A stretch of DNA of 50,046 bases from Candidatus Dormibacteria bacterium (GTDB taxonomy: Bacteria > Chloroflexota > Dormibacteria > DASZGP01). Positions 27,849 to 39,494 of the stretch are shown here, piece by piece. A program made the position numbers and the translations under genes. The notes under the pieces are model-generated. The model was not told where the DNA came from. It was given only the letters and a program-made list of their open reading frames with translations, and did no database searches. The DNA lies in assembly GCA_046262515.1 (NCBI GenBank), contig JBHEMP010000083.1, forward strand, positions 1 to 50,046. Reading direction: 5' to 3'. Numbering within the stretch: the first letter of the stretch is position 1; every line of letters starts with the position of its first letter.

Positions 27849-29488
27849 GCCCGAAATTGACGCCGAGACAATCTGTCGACGCCTGGGTGGCCGAGCGGCT
27901 TTCACCGCACCTGTCCGAGTTGGCGCTGGAGGGCGTGGAATGCCGCGTAGAGCGTCCTCGCCAGCCGGAGAATGGCGATTTCGCGCTCAACGTCGCCATG
28001 CAGCTCGCCGGGCGGCTCAAGCGCCCGCCGCTGGACCTGGCTCACGAGATCGCGGCGCGCCTGGTCCCCGGTGGCCTGGTGGGGGCGGTCGAGGTGGCCC
28101 CCCCGGGGTTCATCAACCTTCGCCTCGACCACGCCTGGCTGGTTCGGCGATTGGAGGAAGTGGTCGCCGCGGGTGACCGCTGGGGCGAGGGCGATTTCGG
28201 AGCCGGGCGCCGGGTGCAGGTCGAGTTCGTCAGCTCCAACCCGACGGGCCCACTGCTGTTCAGCCACGGCCGCGGTGCCGTGGTCGGCGACACCGTCGCC
28301 CGGCTGCTCGCGTTCACGGGGCACGATGTGTGGCGCGAGTACTACGCCAACGACGCCGGGCGGCAGGTGCTGGTGTTCGCCGATTCGCTGCTGGCAGCCC
28401 GGCGCGGGGAACCCCCGCCGGAAGGCGGTTACGCCGGCGAGTACATCGGGGAACTGGCGGCGCGGGTGCCCGAACAGCTACTCGAGGGTGACCCTGAGGA
28501 GGTGCGCCGCGCCGTGATGGACTGGGGCGTCCAGCACTTCCTCGCGCTGCATCGCCGCGACATGGAGAGCCTTGGCATCGTCTTCGACGCGTGGTTCAGC
28601 GAGAAGCAGCTATACGGTGCCTGGGAAGAAGAGACGCTGGACGTGTTTCGGGAGCAGGGACTGCTCGCCGAGCATGATGGCGCGACCTGGTTTCGCTTCC
28701 CCGACGGCCGTGAGGATGTCCTCTACAAGAGCAGTGGCGAGGGCACCTACTTCCTGGGTGACCTGCTCTACCACCGCGACAAGTTGGTCCGGCGCGGCTT
28801 CGACCTGGCCATCAACGTCTGGGGTTCGGATCACCAGAACCAGGTCCGCCGGCTGAAGCAGGCCGTCGCCTACTTCGGGGTCGACAGCGAGCGGCTACAG
28901 GTCCTGCTCATCCAGATGGTCCGTATGAAGTCGCGCGGGGAGTTCGTGAAGATCAGCCGCCGCGCCGGGAACCTGATCCTGCTGGCGGACCTGGTCGACG
29001 AGGTGGGCCCCGACGCCGTGCGGTACCACTACCTGCTGCGCAGTATGGACGCGCCAATGGACTTCGACATCGACCTCGCCAGGGAGCAGTCGAACGAGAA
29101 CCCGGTCTTCTACGCGCAGTACGCCCATGCCCGGATGTGCTCGGTCCTCGCGGTGGGCGAAGAACAGGGCGCGGCTCCGTCGGCCGACTCCCTCGAGCTC
29201 CTCAGCACCCCTGCCGAGCGCGCCCTCCTGGCTGAATTGATGGGCTTCCCGGAAATCGTCGAGGAGGCGGCTCGCCGGATGGAACCCCACCGCCTGCCGC
29301 ATTACGCCCAGGGCCTCGCCGAGAAGATCCACGGCTTCTACCATTCCGGTAACAACGATCCCGCTCTGCGCGTGTTGACCGCCGACGCGGCCGTCAGCGC
29401 CGCCCGCCTGTATCTCTGCCTTGCGGCCCGACAGACCATGGCCAACGCGCTCGGCCTCATGGGCGTCGCCGCGCCCACCCGCATGTAA
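27845..29488 (+). CDS. argS: arginine--tRNA ligase
   Basis: N-terminal Arg-tRNA-binding domain, class I core SSNPTGPLLFSHGRG, DALR anticodon-binding domain (YAQYAHARMCSVL), and the characteristic terminal Met. Confidence 0.9.
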   Translation: MSPKLTPRQSVDAWVAERLSPHLSELALEGVECRVERPRQPENGDFALNVAMQLAGRLKRPPLDLAHEIAARLVPGGLVGAVEVAPPGFINLRLDHAWLVRRLEEVVAAGDRWGEGDFGAGRRVQVEFVSSNPTGPLLFSHGRGAVVGDTVARLLAFTGHDVWREYYANDAGRQVLVFADSLLAARRGEPPPEGGYAGEYIGELAARVPEQLLEGDPEEVRRAVMDWGVQHFLALHRRDMESLGIVFDAWFSEKQLYGAWEEETLDVFREQGLLAEHDGATWFRFPDGREDVLYKSSGEGTYFLGDLLYHRDKLVRRGFDLAINVWGSDHQNQVRRLKQAVAYFGVDSERLQVLLIQMVRMKSRGEFVKISRRAGNLILLADLVDEVGPDAVRYHYLLRSMDAPMDFDIDLAREQSNENPVFYAQYAHARMCSVLAVGEEQGAAPSADSLELLSTPAERALLAELMGFPEIVEEAARRMEPHRLPHYAQGLAEKIHGFYHSGNNDPALRVLTADAAVSAARLYLCLAARQTMANALGLMGVAAPTRM

Positions 29489-29499
29489 AAGGAGTTCAA

Positions 29500-31927
<2,428 letters not shown>

Positions 31928-31937
31928 GGGCACCGCC

Positions 31938-32933
31938 ATGCTCCAGGACACCCTCGTCTCGCAGAAGAACCTGGGCATGGAGCTGGTGCGTGTCACGGAG
32001 GCGGCGGCGCTCGCATGCGGCCGCCAGATGGGTCGGGGGGACACCGAGGCCATCCGAACCGCCGCCGCCGAGGCCATGGGCCATGCGCTGGGCTCGGTGA
32101 ACATGGACGCGGAGATCAGGGTGGTGGTGGGCGGCGCCCCCGAGGGGGAGGGGCTGGGCCTCGGGCGCCGGTGCGGCCAGGGATTCGGGCCCCAGGTGGA
32201 CCTCGCCGCGGGGCCGCTCGACGGCGTCAGCCTCGTGGCACGCGGCCTGACGGGCGCCATGGCCGTGATCGCGGCGACGGCGCGGGACTCCATGCACTTG
32301 CCGCCCGCCGGCATCCTGCTGGAGAAGATCGCCGTTGGGGCCATGGCGCGCGGAGCGGTGGATATCAGTGACAGCGTCGAGAACAACCTCAACCGGATCG
32401 CGTTTGCCAAGCAGATGCGGGTATCCGACCTGACCCTGGTCATCCTCGACCGGCCCCGCAACCAGGTCATGCTGGAGGAGGCCCGGCGGGCCGGTGCGCG
32501 CGTCAGCACGATCAGCGACGGCGAGGTGGCCGCCGCCGTGCGCGTGGCCATGGAGGACTCCGGGGTCGACGTCGTCATGGGCATCGGGGGAACTGAGGAC
32601 GCGACGATCGCCGCCTGCGCCCTGAAATGCCTGGGCGGGGAACTCGTCGCGCGGCCGTGGGTGCGCAACGAGAACGAGGAACAGGAGATGCGCGACGCCG
32701 GCGTCGACCCCATGGGAGTGTTCACCACCGACGACCTCGCCGGCGGTAACGACGTCATCTTCGCGGCGACCGGGGTGACCGACGGGCTCCTGCTTCGGGG
32801 GGTGCGGTACCACGACAGGTGGGCGGAGAGCGACTCCCTGGTGATCCGCTCCCAGTCCGGGACCCTGCGGCGCATCAGCACCCAGCACCACCTGGCAACC
32901 GCCCGCCTCGAGAACCAGCGCCAGGTTCGCTAG
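31938..32933 (+). CDS. glpX: class II fructose-1,6-bisphosphatase
   Basis: LGMELVRVTEAAALACGRQMGRGD, IDPLDG-like GPLDGV, and the C-terminal FAATGVTDG. Confidence 0.9.
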   Translation: MLQDTLVSQKNLGMELVRVTEAAALACGRQMGRGDTEAIRTAAAEAMGHALGSVNMDAEIRVVVGGAPEGEGLGLGRRCGQGFGPQVDLAAGPLDGVSLVARGLTGAMAVIAATARDSMHLPPAGILLEKIAVGAMARGAVDISDSVENNLNRIAFAKQMRVSDLTLVILDRPRNQVMLEEARRAGARVSTISDGEVAAAVRVAMEDSGVDVVMGIGGTEDATIAACALKCLGGELVARPWVRNENEEQEMRDAGVDPMGVFTTDDLAGGNDVIFAATGVTDGLLLRGVRYHDRWAESDSLVIRSQSGTLRRISTQHHLATARLENQRQVR

Positions 32934-32973
32934 CCGCGCCCGGATCGCCGGATCCCGGCTTAGGCTCTAGGGA

Positions 32974-34233
32974 ATGAGCGAACGTCTGGCGCTGGCCTAC
33001 GCCGACAACGATGGCAGGCTGATCGAGGAGACGGAGCTGGCCGCCCTCGGGCGATCCGGCGGTGCCGTGGGCGCGCGCGGGGATGGACCCGCCTTCGAAT
33101 GCGGCTGGCTGCCGCTGCCGGACGGCAGCACGGTCACCAACCTTCCCGGTCGCCTGGCGCTCGGGCGGGAGCCGCAGTCCGGAGAGCTGGTGCGGCTGAG
33201 CCCCGACGCCGGCTGGGCGGTTGCCGCGGTGCTCCCCCCTGGCTACACCCGGACCCTGCTACCGGCATTCGACGAGGACGAGGAGGTGGAGGTGCTGCCG
33301 GTGTTCGGGTACGCGGCCCTTGCCTTTCGTGGTGGCAGGCCGGTTGTCGCGGCGACCCGGACCGATCCCCTTGAGTGGTGGCAGCCACGGCAGTTCGCCG
33401 GTCGGGACATCGAGGCGGACATCGCCGAAGCCGTCGCGGGGCTCCCGGGCAACCGACTCGTCACCCACCTCGCCAAATGCGCGCGCGAATACAACTGCTA
33501 CACCGCGCGAAACACGTTCCATCGTCGCTGGGAGGGTGCCCTACCCACGTCGGGACCGTGCAATGCCATGTGCGTCGGCTGCATCTCGGAGCAGTGGGGC
33601 GAGGTTGAGTCCCCGCAGGACCGGATTGGCTTCCGCCCCACGGTGGATGAGATCAGCTCGCTCGCTGCCTGGCACCTCCGCGGAGAGGGCGCCGAGATCG
33701 TCAGCTTCGGACAGGGCTGCGAAGGCGAGCCACTGATGCGCGCCGACCTGCCGGAAGTGGTCGCCCGGGTGCGTGCCGAGAGCCCCTCAGGGTTCATCAA
33801 CATCAATACCAACGGGAGCCGCCCGGACGTGGTCGAGGCGATGGTGGAGGCCGGCCTGGACGGCGCCCGGGTCAGCGTGTTCAGCTTCAACGAGGACATG
33901 TTCCGGGCCTATTACCGACCGAAGGACTACAGCCTGGAGCAGGTTCACGAGACCCTCGCTGTCCTGCGGCGCGCCGGGAAGCGTATAGCGCTCAACCTCC
34001 TGACCTTCCCCGGCGTGACCGACGATGGCGGCGAGATCGAGGCCCTGGAGTCGGCAATCACGCGGCATGCGGTCGACCGGGTCCAGACCCGCACCCTTAA
34101 CATCGACCCGCTGTGGTTGTTGCGGCGCCTTCCGAGGCCGACCATCGGTACCGGGATGGATGCCCTCATCCGGCGGCTGGGGGCCGTGGCCGCGGTGGGC
34201 AACTTCACGATGCCGGCTACAGCGGGCCGGTGA
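32974..34233 (+). CDS. radical SAM protein with ~190-aa uncharacterised N-terminal extension
   Basis: CX3CX2C cluster CNAMCVGC (Cys196, Cys200 and Cys203; 33559-33582), followed by the SAM-binding-like GQGCEGEPL and INTNGS. Confidence 0.8.
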   Translation: MSERLALAYADNDGRLIEETELAALGRSGGAVGARGDGPAFECGWLPLPDGSTVTNLPGRLALGREPQSGELVRLSPDAGWAVAAVLPPGYTRTLLPAFDEDEEVEVLPVFGYAALAFRGGRPVVAATRTDPLEWWQPRQFAGRDIEADIAEAVAGLPGNRLVTHLAKCAREYNCYTARNTFHRRWEGALPTSGPCNAMCVGCISEQWGEVESPQDRIGFRPTVDEISSLAAWHLRGEGAEIVSFGQGCEGEPLMRADLPEVVARVRAESPSGFININTNGSRPDVVEAMVEAGLDGARVSVFSFNEDMFRAYYRPKDYSLEQVHETLAVLRRAGKRIALNLLTFPGVTDDGGEIEALESAITRHAVDRVQTRTLNIDPLWLLRRLPRPTIGTGMDALIRRLGAVAAVGNFTMPATAGR

Positions 34234-34303
34234 TGGGGAAGGAATCTAACCCGCATCTAACCGGTTTGAGTCAGAGTAGATGCATGTACGCGGTGGGTTC
34301 TAG

Positions 34304-35254
34304 ATGACGCCCGAGGAGCAGGCCACAGAAGGGCAGTACCTCCCACGCCAGCCGCCGCCAGGGCCGCCGCTGACCGACCCCATCGCGAACCCCTGGCCGC
34401 ACGGACAGCACCAGCAGCAGACCGACTTCGGGACGACCGAGGTTCCGCTCGAGCATGCCAACCGCGGCGGCGCAGGCCGCATCGGTGGGCTTGCAGGCGG
34501 CGGCTACGTTGTCTTCAAGCTGCTGTCCGCCGGCAAATTCGCGCTGCTGGCCGTGGCCAAGGCCCCGCTGCTGCTCTCCCTGTTTGCCAACATCGTCGTC
34601 TACACGCTGGTCTTCGGTGCCCAGAACCCACTCCTGGGAGTCGCCTTTGCCACCGGTTTTGTCGGCCTGATCTTCGTCCACGAGATGGGCCACCTGGTCG
34701 CGGCGAGGATGGAGGGGATCAACGCCAGCGTGCCCTTCTTCATCCCATTCATGGGCGCCGCGATCTTTCTCAAGGACCATCCGCGGAATGCGCGCAGCGA
34801 GGCGATCATCGGCATCGGCGGTCCCATCCTGGGGACGGTCGCGACCCTGGTCATGCTCAGCCTCGCGGGGACGTTCAACCCGTCAACTACGCTTGGCCTG
34901 CTCTTCATCCGGCTGGCGTACTACGGCTTCTTCATCAACCTCTTCAACATGATTCCGCTGACCCCGCTCGACGGCGGTCGCATCCTCGGCGCGGTGTCGA
35001 AGTGGTTCAACGTCGTCGGCCTGGGGCTGATTGTCTTCGGGATCGTCGAGGGCTTCCTGACCAGCCCCATCCTGTGGCTGATCATCGCGCTCGGCGCTTA
35101 CGGCACCTACAAGCGCTTCCGCCACCCCGAGCACACCGGCTACTACGAGATCTCCGCGGGCACGCGGATGGTCATCGGCTTCTCGTACCTCCTCCTCCTG
35201 GCCATCCTCATCGGCGGGGTGGTGGCAACGGAGCCCTTCGTGATCAACCAATGA
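34304..35254 (+). CDS. site-2 protease family (M50) zinc metallopeptidase
   Basis: HEMGH zinc motif within a TM helix ([15 protein letters not shown]) and the second motif [16 protein letters not shown]. Confidence 0.85.
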   Translation: MTPEEQATEGQYLPRQPPPGPPLTDPIANPWPHGQHQQQTDFGTTEVPLEHANRGGAGRIGGLAGGGYVVFKLLSAGKFALLAVAKAPLLLSLFANIVVYTLVFGAQNPLLGVAFATGFVGLIFVHEMGHLVAARMEGINASVPFFIPFMGAAIFLKDHPRNARSEAIIGIGGPILGTVATLVMLSLAGTFNPSTTLGLLFIRLAYYGFFINLFNMIPLTPLDGGRILGAVSKWFNVVGLGLIVFGIVEGFLTSPILWLIIALGAYGTYKRFRHPEHTGYYEISAGTRMVIGFSYLLLLAILIGGVVATEPFVINQ

Positions 35255-35276
35255 GGCCCCGTATAATCGGCAGGCG

Positions 35277-35492
35277 ATGAGGGCCCAGATCCATCCCGAA
35301 TGGCACGTGGACGCGGTCGTCCACTGCCTCTGCGGGAACACTTTCACCACCGGTTCGACGCTCACCGAGCTGAAGACCGAGGTGTGCTCGGTGTGTCACC
35401 CGTTCTTCACGGGCGAGCAGCGCATCGTGGACACAGGCGGTCAGGTTGAGCGCTTCCAGAAGCGCCTCACCAAGAGCCGCAAAGCTCTCTAG
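35277..35492 (+). CDS. rpmE: 50S ribosomal protein L31 (Zn-binding type A)
   Basis: IHPEWH, CLCGN...[10 protein letters not shown] and GQVERFQKR. Confidence 0.92.
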   Translation: MRAQIHPEWHVDAVVHCLCGNTFTTGSTLTELKTEVCSVCHPFFTGEQRIVDTGGQVERFQKRLTKSRKAL

Positions 35493-36408
35493 AGCCGCGC
35501 AGCTCTCTAGAGCGGCGCCTCAACCCTTCTTCTACGGCGGCCAGGCCGTGGTCGAGGGTGTCCTGATGCGCGGGCCCTCGAGCTGGGCGGTGGCCGCCCG
35601 TCGTCCCGACGGCGGGATCACTCTTCGCCAGGACGAGCTGCAGAGCCGTATGTACCGTTCTGCGATCTTCCGGCTTCCGTTCATCCGGGGAGTCGTCGGC
35701 CTGGCCGAGATGATGCACCTGGGCACGTCGGCGATGATCTGGTCTGCCAACGTCAAGGCCAAAGCTGAGAACATCGAGATCGGGCGCCGCGCCATTGCCG
35801 GGACGCTGGCCTTCTCCGCGGTGTTCTCATTCGCCCTGTTCTTCGGGCTGCCCCTGCTCTCGGCGGGGGCGCTGCAGCGTCACAGCACACTCGGTTTCAC
35901 GCTGGTGGAGGGTGCCATTCGCGGTGCCCTGGTGATCGGTTACATGTACCTGATCTCCTTCATCCCCGATGTCCGGCGCCTCTTCCAGTACCACGGCGCG
36001 GAGCACAAGACGATCAACGCGTACGAGGCCGGCGCGCCGCTCACCGTCGCCGGCGTCGCCCCCCAGAGCCGCCTGCACCCTCGCTGTGGCACGGGGTTTT
36101 TGATCGTCGTGGTGTTCGTCAGCATCATCGTCTTCACCATCGTGGGGCGGCCGCCGCTACCCCTGCTACTTCTCTCTCGGTTGGTGCTGGTGCCGGTCGT
36201 GGCTGCAATCTCATACGAGCTGATCAGGCTCGGCGCCAGGAACTACCAGAACCCGGTCGTGCGGCGTTTACTGATCCCCGTCCTGGGGGCGCAGTACCTG
36301 ACCACCCGCGAGCCTGACGACTCCATGATGGAGGTCGCGCTGATGGCCTTCACCGCGGTGCGCGCGGTACCCGACGCGGAGCCGGAACCCGAGGAGATCA
36401 TCGTTTGA
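35446..36408 (+). CDS. DUF1385 domain-containing membrane protein
   Basis: [14 protein letters not shown] near the N-terminus, [13 protein letters not shown] and HPRCGT. There is no canonical start between the rpmE stop and the conserved YGGQ motif. The only in-frame start is the TTG at 35446, inside rpmE, so the start is uncertain. Confidence 0.78.
   Translation: MSASRSASPRAAKLSRAAQLSRAAPQPFFYGGQAVVEGVLMRGPSSWAVAARRPDGGITLRQDELQSRMYRSAIFRLPFIRGVVGLAEMMHLGTSAMIWSANVKAKAENIEIGRRAIAGTLAFSAVFSFALFFGLPLLSAGALQRHSTLGFTLVEGAIRGALVIGYMYLISFIPDVRRLFQYHGAEHKTINAYEAGAPLTVAGVAPQSRLHPRCGTGFLIVVVFVSIIVFTIVGRPPLPLLLLSRLVLVPVVAAISYELIRLGARNYQNPVVRRLLIPVLGAQYLTTREPDDSMMEVALMAFTAVRAVPDAEPEPEEIIV
35473..35519 (+). 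repeat. 2.6 tandem copies of an 18-nt unit at the rpmE / DUF1385 junction
   Basis: The copies are AGAGCCGCAAAGCTCTCT, AGAGCCGCGCAGCTCTCT and the partial AGAGCGGCGCC. Each unit contains the AGAGC/GCTCT inverted repeat and the palindrome CTCTAGAG occurs twice. The rpmE TAG stop sits at the unit boundary. Confidence 0.6.
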
Positions 36409-37490
36409 GCCCCGCCCCCCGCCTCGACGGCGCGCTCCAGCGCTGGCGCGAGATAGAGACCCAGCTGTCGGACCCGGAGGTCGTCAGCGACCTGGCGAGG
36501 CTGCAGGCCCTGGGCAAGGAGCAGAGCCGGCTCCGGCCCCTCATCGAAACCCACCAGAAGCTGGAGGCGGCGCGGGCGGCGGAGGCCGAGGCTCGCGCCA
36601 TGCTGGAGACCGAGGGCGACGCCGAGATGCAGGATTTCCTGCGCGAGGAGGCCCGCGGCCAGGGCGATGCCGCGACCCGGCTGGACCAGGAGTTGCAGGC
36701 ACTCCTGATCCCGGCCGATCCCAACGATGAGCGCAACGTGATCCTGGAGATCCGCGCCGGCACGGGTGGCGATGAGGCCGCCCTGTTCGCCGCCGACCTC
36801 TTCCGTATGTACCAGCGGTACGGCGAGACCCAGCGTTGGCAGTTCGAGGTCATGGACCAGAACGCCACCGAGGGTGGCGGTTTTGCCAGGGTGATCGTCG
36901 AGGTGCGGGGCGACTCCGCCTACTCCAAGCTGAAGTTCGAGTCGGGCGTGCACCGCGTCCAGCGCGTGCCGGCCACGGAATCGCAGGGGAGGATCCACAC
37001 CTCTACAGCCTCGGTGGCGGTGCTGCCGGAGGCGGACGAGGTGGAGGTGGAGATCCGGGAGGAGGAGCTCAAGGTCGACGTGTACCGCGCCACGGGGCAC
37101 GGCGGGCAGTCGGTCAACACCACCGATTCCGCGGTCCGCATCACGCACCTGCCCACCGGCCTGGTGGTCACCTGCCAGGACGAGAAATCGCAGCTCAAGA
37201 ACAAGAACAAGGCCATGAAGGAACTCCGGGCGCGGCTCTTTGACCAGATGCAGCAGCAGCAGCAGGACGCCATTGGCGCGCAACGCCGCGCCATGGTCGG
37301 CAGCGGGGATCGCAGCGAGAAAATACGGACCTACAACTTCAAGGAGAACCGGATCAGCGATGAGCGTTTGGACGGCCCGATCTACCAGCTCGAGGTCGTC
37401 ATGGCCGGGGACCTCGACCGGCTCGTCCAGCCCCTGGCGATGGTTCACCAGGCGCGGCTGATGGCCGGCGAAGACGGCGGCAAGGACTGA
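36405..37490 (+). CDS. prfA: peptide chain release factor 1
   Basis: GGQ motif ([22 protein letters not shown]) and the RF1 tripeptide PAT ([14 protein letters not shown]). The TTG start overlaps the upstream stop as TTGA. Confidence 0.95.
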   Translation: MSPAPRLDGALQRWREIETQLSDPEVVSDLARLQALGKEQSRLRPLIETHQKLEAARAAEAEARAMLETEGDAEMQDFLREEARGQGDAATRLDQELQALLIPADPNDERNVILEIRAGTGGDEAALFAADLFRMYQRYGETQRWQFEVMDQNATEGGGFARVIVEVRGDSAYSKLKFESGVHRVQRVPATESQGRIHTSTASVAVLPEADEVEVEIREEELKVDVYRATGHGGQSVNTTDSAVRITHLPTGLVVTCQDEKSQLKNKNKAMKELRARLFDQMQQQQQDAIGAQRRAMVGSGDRSEKIRTYNFKENRISDERLDGPIYQLEVVMAGDLDRLVQPLAMVHQARLMAGEDGGKD

Positions 37491-37499
37491 GCGCCGCCC

Positions 37500-38351
37500 A
37501 TGGCTGAGAAGGTCATGGAACTGATTGCCAAGGCCGCGCCCTACCTCGCGAAACACGGGTCGGGCAGCCCTCGCCTGGACGCGGAGCTGCTCCTCGCGGA
37601 GGCACTCGGGGTGAGTCGGATGGACCTCTACCTGCAGTTCGAGCGGCCCCTTACGGAGACGGAGGTGAACGACTTCCGCACCCTGTGCCGACGCCGCGCG
37701 GGTGGCGAACCGATCGCCTACATCCGCCGGCGCCGCGAGTTCATGTCGGTCGACCTGCTGGTCACCCCGGCGGTCCTTATTCCAAGGCCGGAGACCGAGA
37801 TCCTGGTCGAGGAGGCCCTGCGACTCTCGCGTCCTCCCGTGGGGCCGCCGGCGCCGGCGCGTTTCCTCGACGTCGGCACCGGTTCGGGGGCGATCGCTGT
37901 CGCCATGGCCGTGCACCACACGGCGTGCCGGGTGGTGGCGACGGACATATCCGCCGGCGCCGTGGAGGTGGCGCGGCGCAATGTCGAGCGGCTGGAGCTG
38001 CAGGACCGCGTCGAGGTGCGCGAGGCGGACCTCGCCGCGGGGGTGGAGGGACCCTTCGACCTGGTGCTGGCTAACCTGCCGTACATCGACCCCTCCTGGC
38101 CCGACGCGGTAACCCCTGAGGTCAGGGCGACAGAGCCCGCCGGGGCCCTCTTCGCGGGGGAGGACGGCCTCGACCTGGTTCGCCGCCTGCTGGCGGACCT
38201 GCCGCGGCTCCTTCGCTCCGGCGGGTCCGCGCTGCTGGAGGTCGACCCCCGCAACGCCGACAAAGCGGCGGCGCTCGGGCGCGCGGCGGGGGAGGTTCGA
38301 GTGCTGCATGACCTCGCGGGCCACCCACGGGTTGTGGCGGTTGCGCGGTGA
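37500..38351 (+). CDS. prmC: release factor glutamine methyltransferase
   Basis: SAM motif LDVGTGSGAIAV and a substrate motif at the NPPY position that reads NLPY. Positioned directly after prfA. Confidence 0.88.
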   Translation: MAEKVMELIAKAAPYLAKHGSGSPRLDAELLLAEALGVSRMDLYLQFERPLTETEVNDFRTLCRRRAGGEPIAYIRRRREFMSVDLLVTPAVLIPRPETEILVEEALRLSRPPVGPPAPARFLDVGTGSGAIAVAMAVHHTACRVVATDISAGAVEVARRNVERLELQDRVEVREADLAAGVEGPFDLVLANLPYIDPSWPDAVTPEVRATEPAGALFAGEDGLDLVRRLLADLPRLLRSGGSALLEVDPRNADKAAALGRAAGEVRVLHDLAGHPRVVAVAR

Positions 38352-39013
38352 GCCAGCAGAGGCCGGAGCGCCCGCAGAACAAACTGGTGGCGGCGGATGC
38401 TGACGGCCTCCGCTACGCGATGCTCGCGCTGGAACGTGGAGAACTGGTCGCGTTCCCGACCGACACGGTGTACGCGCTCGCCTGCGCGGCGACCGTCCCG
38501 GCGGCGATCGAACGTTTCTATGGCGCCAAACGCCGCCCCGCGGGCCAGCCCGCGATCCTGCTCTCGCACAACGTCGGGACCCTCCAGCACTGGGTGAAGT
38601 TCCGACCCCGCGCCCTGGAGCTTGCGGCACGTCACTGGCCCGGGCCCCTGACGCTGGTGCTGCCCGTCAACCGGGGAGCCGTTGCGCGCCTTGCGACCGG
38701 GGCCCGGGACGCTCTCGCGCGGATCGCGTCCGAGGGGACCATGGCGGTCAGGATCCCCGCCCACGAAACCGCTCAGCAGGTGCTCTGGTCCTGGGGCCAG
38801 CCGCTGTGCACCAGCAGCGCCAACCGGGCTGGCGGCGCCCCCCCGCGCACCGGTCGCGAGGTGGTGGAGGCCCTTGGGGATGCGGTGGCCGTGGTCCTGG
38901 ACGGCGACTGCCCGATCGGCCAGGCCTCTTCTATACTCGACCTCGCCAGACGGCCGCCGCGCGTCATCCGCGAGGGCGCCATCGCGGCCGAGGAGTTGCT
39001 CCCTGAACGGTAG
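38348..39013 (+). CDS. tsaC: L-threonylcarbamoyladenylate synthase (TsaC/YwlC/Sua5 family)
   Basis: GELVAFPTDTVYALAC, LTLVLP, AVRIPAH and LCTSSANRAGG. Confidence 0.85.
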   Translation: MSQQRPERPQNKLVAADADGLRYAMLALERGELVAFPTDTVYALACAATVPAAIERFYGAKRRPAGQPAILLSHNVGTLQHWVKFRPRALELAARHWPGPLTLVLPVNRGAVARLATGARDALARIASEGTMAVRIPAHETAQQVLWSWGQPLCTSSANRAGGAPPRTGREVVEALGDAVAVVLDGDCPIGQASSILDLARRPPRVIREGAIAAEELLPER

Positions 39014-39020
39014 TGGCGAG

Positions 39021-39494
39021 ATGCCCAGCCTGACCCCAGACCGGATCCCCCTCGAAGAGGTGTACATGCGCTTCGCCGAGGACCTCGCGCGCCGCAGCAC
39101 GTGCCGCCGTCGCGCTGTCGGCGCGGTGATCACCAGCTCCGACCTGACGCGCGTACTCGGCCTCGGTTACAACGGCGGGGCCCGGGGAGTGAACAACGAG
39201 TGCCTGACGCCGGGCGGCCCGGACGACCCCTGCGTGAGCTGCATCCACGCCGAGACCAACGCCGTTGCCAAGGCGGGCTCCGCCGAGACCGGCAAGTGGG
39301 CCTTCATCACCCACAGCCCCTGTGTCCTCTGCGCCACCCTGCTGATCAACTCCAACGTCAGCCAGGTCCTCTATCGTCGCGAGTACAGGGACCCATCGGG
39401 CATACAGCTCCTGCACCGCGCCGGCGTCGAGGCGCGGCCCTATGAGCACCTGCGCGAGCAGTACCGGGAGCCCCTGCGGGAGGGGCCATTGTGA
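39021..39494 (+). CDS. deoxycytidylate (dCMP) deaminase, ComEB-like
   Basis: Zinc motifs HAETNA and PCVLCA. ATG at 39021. The long upstream in-frame extension overlaps tsaC and is rejected. Confidence 0.85.
   Translation: MPSLTPDRIPLEEVYMRFAEDLARRSTCRRRAVGAVITSSDLTRVLGLGYNGGARGVNNECLTPGGPDDPCVSCIHAETNAVAKAGSAETGKWAFITHSPCVLCATLLINSNVSQVLYRREYRDPSGIQLLHRAGVEARPYEHLREQYREPLREGPL

Noticed and set aside
36243-38630. 795-aa minus-strand ORF, the longest in the window.
   Set aside because: It is entirely antisense to prfA and prmC, which have unmistakable motifs. Its translation is Arg/Pro/Gly-rich low-information sequence, typical of off-frame ORFs in high-GC DNA.
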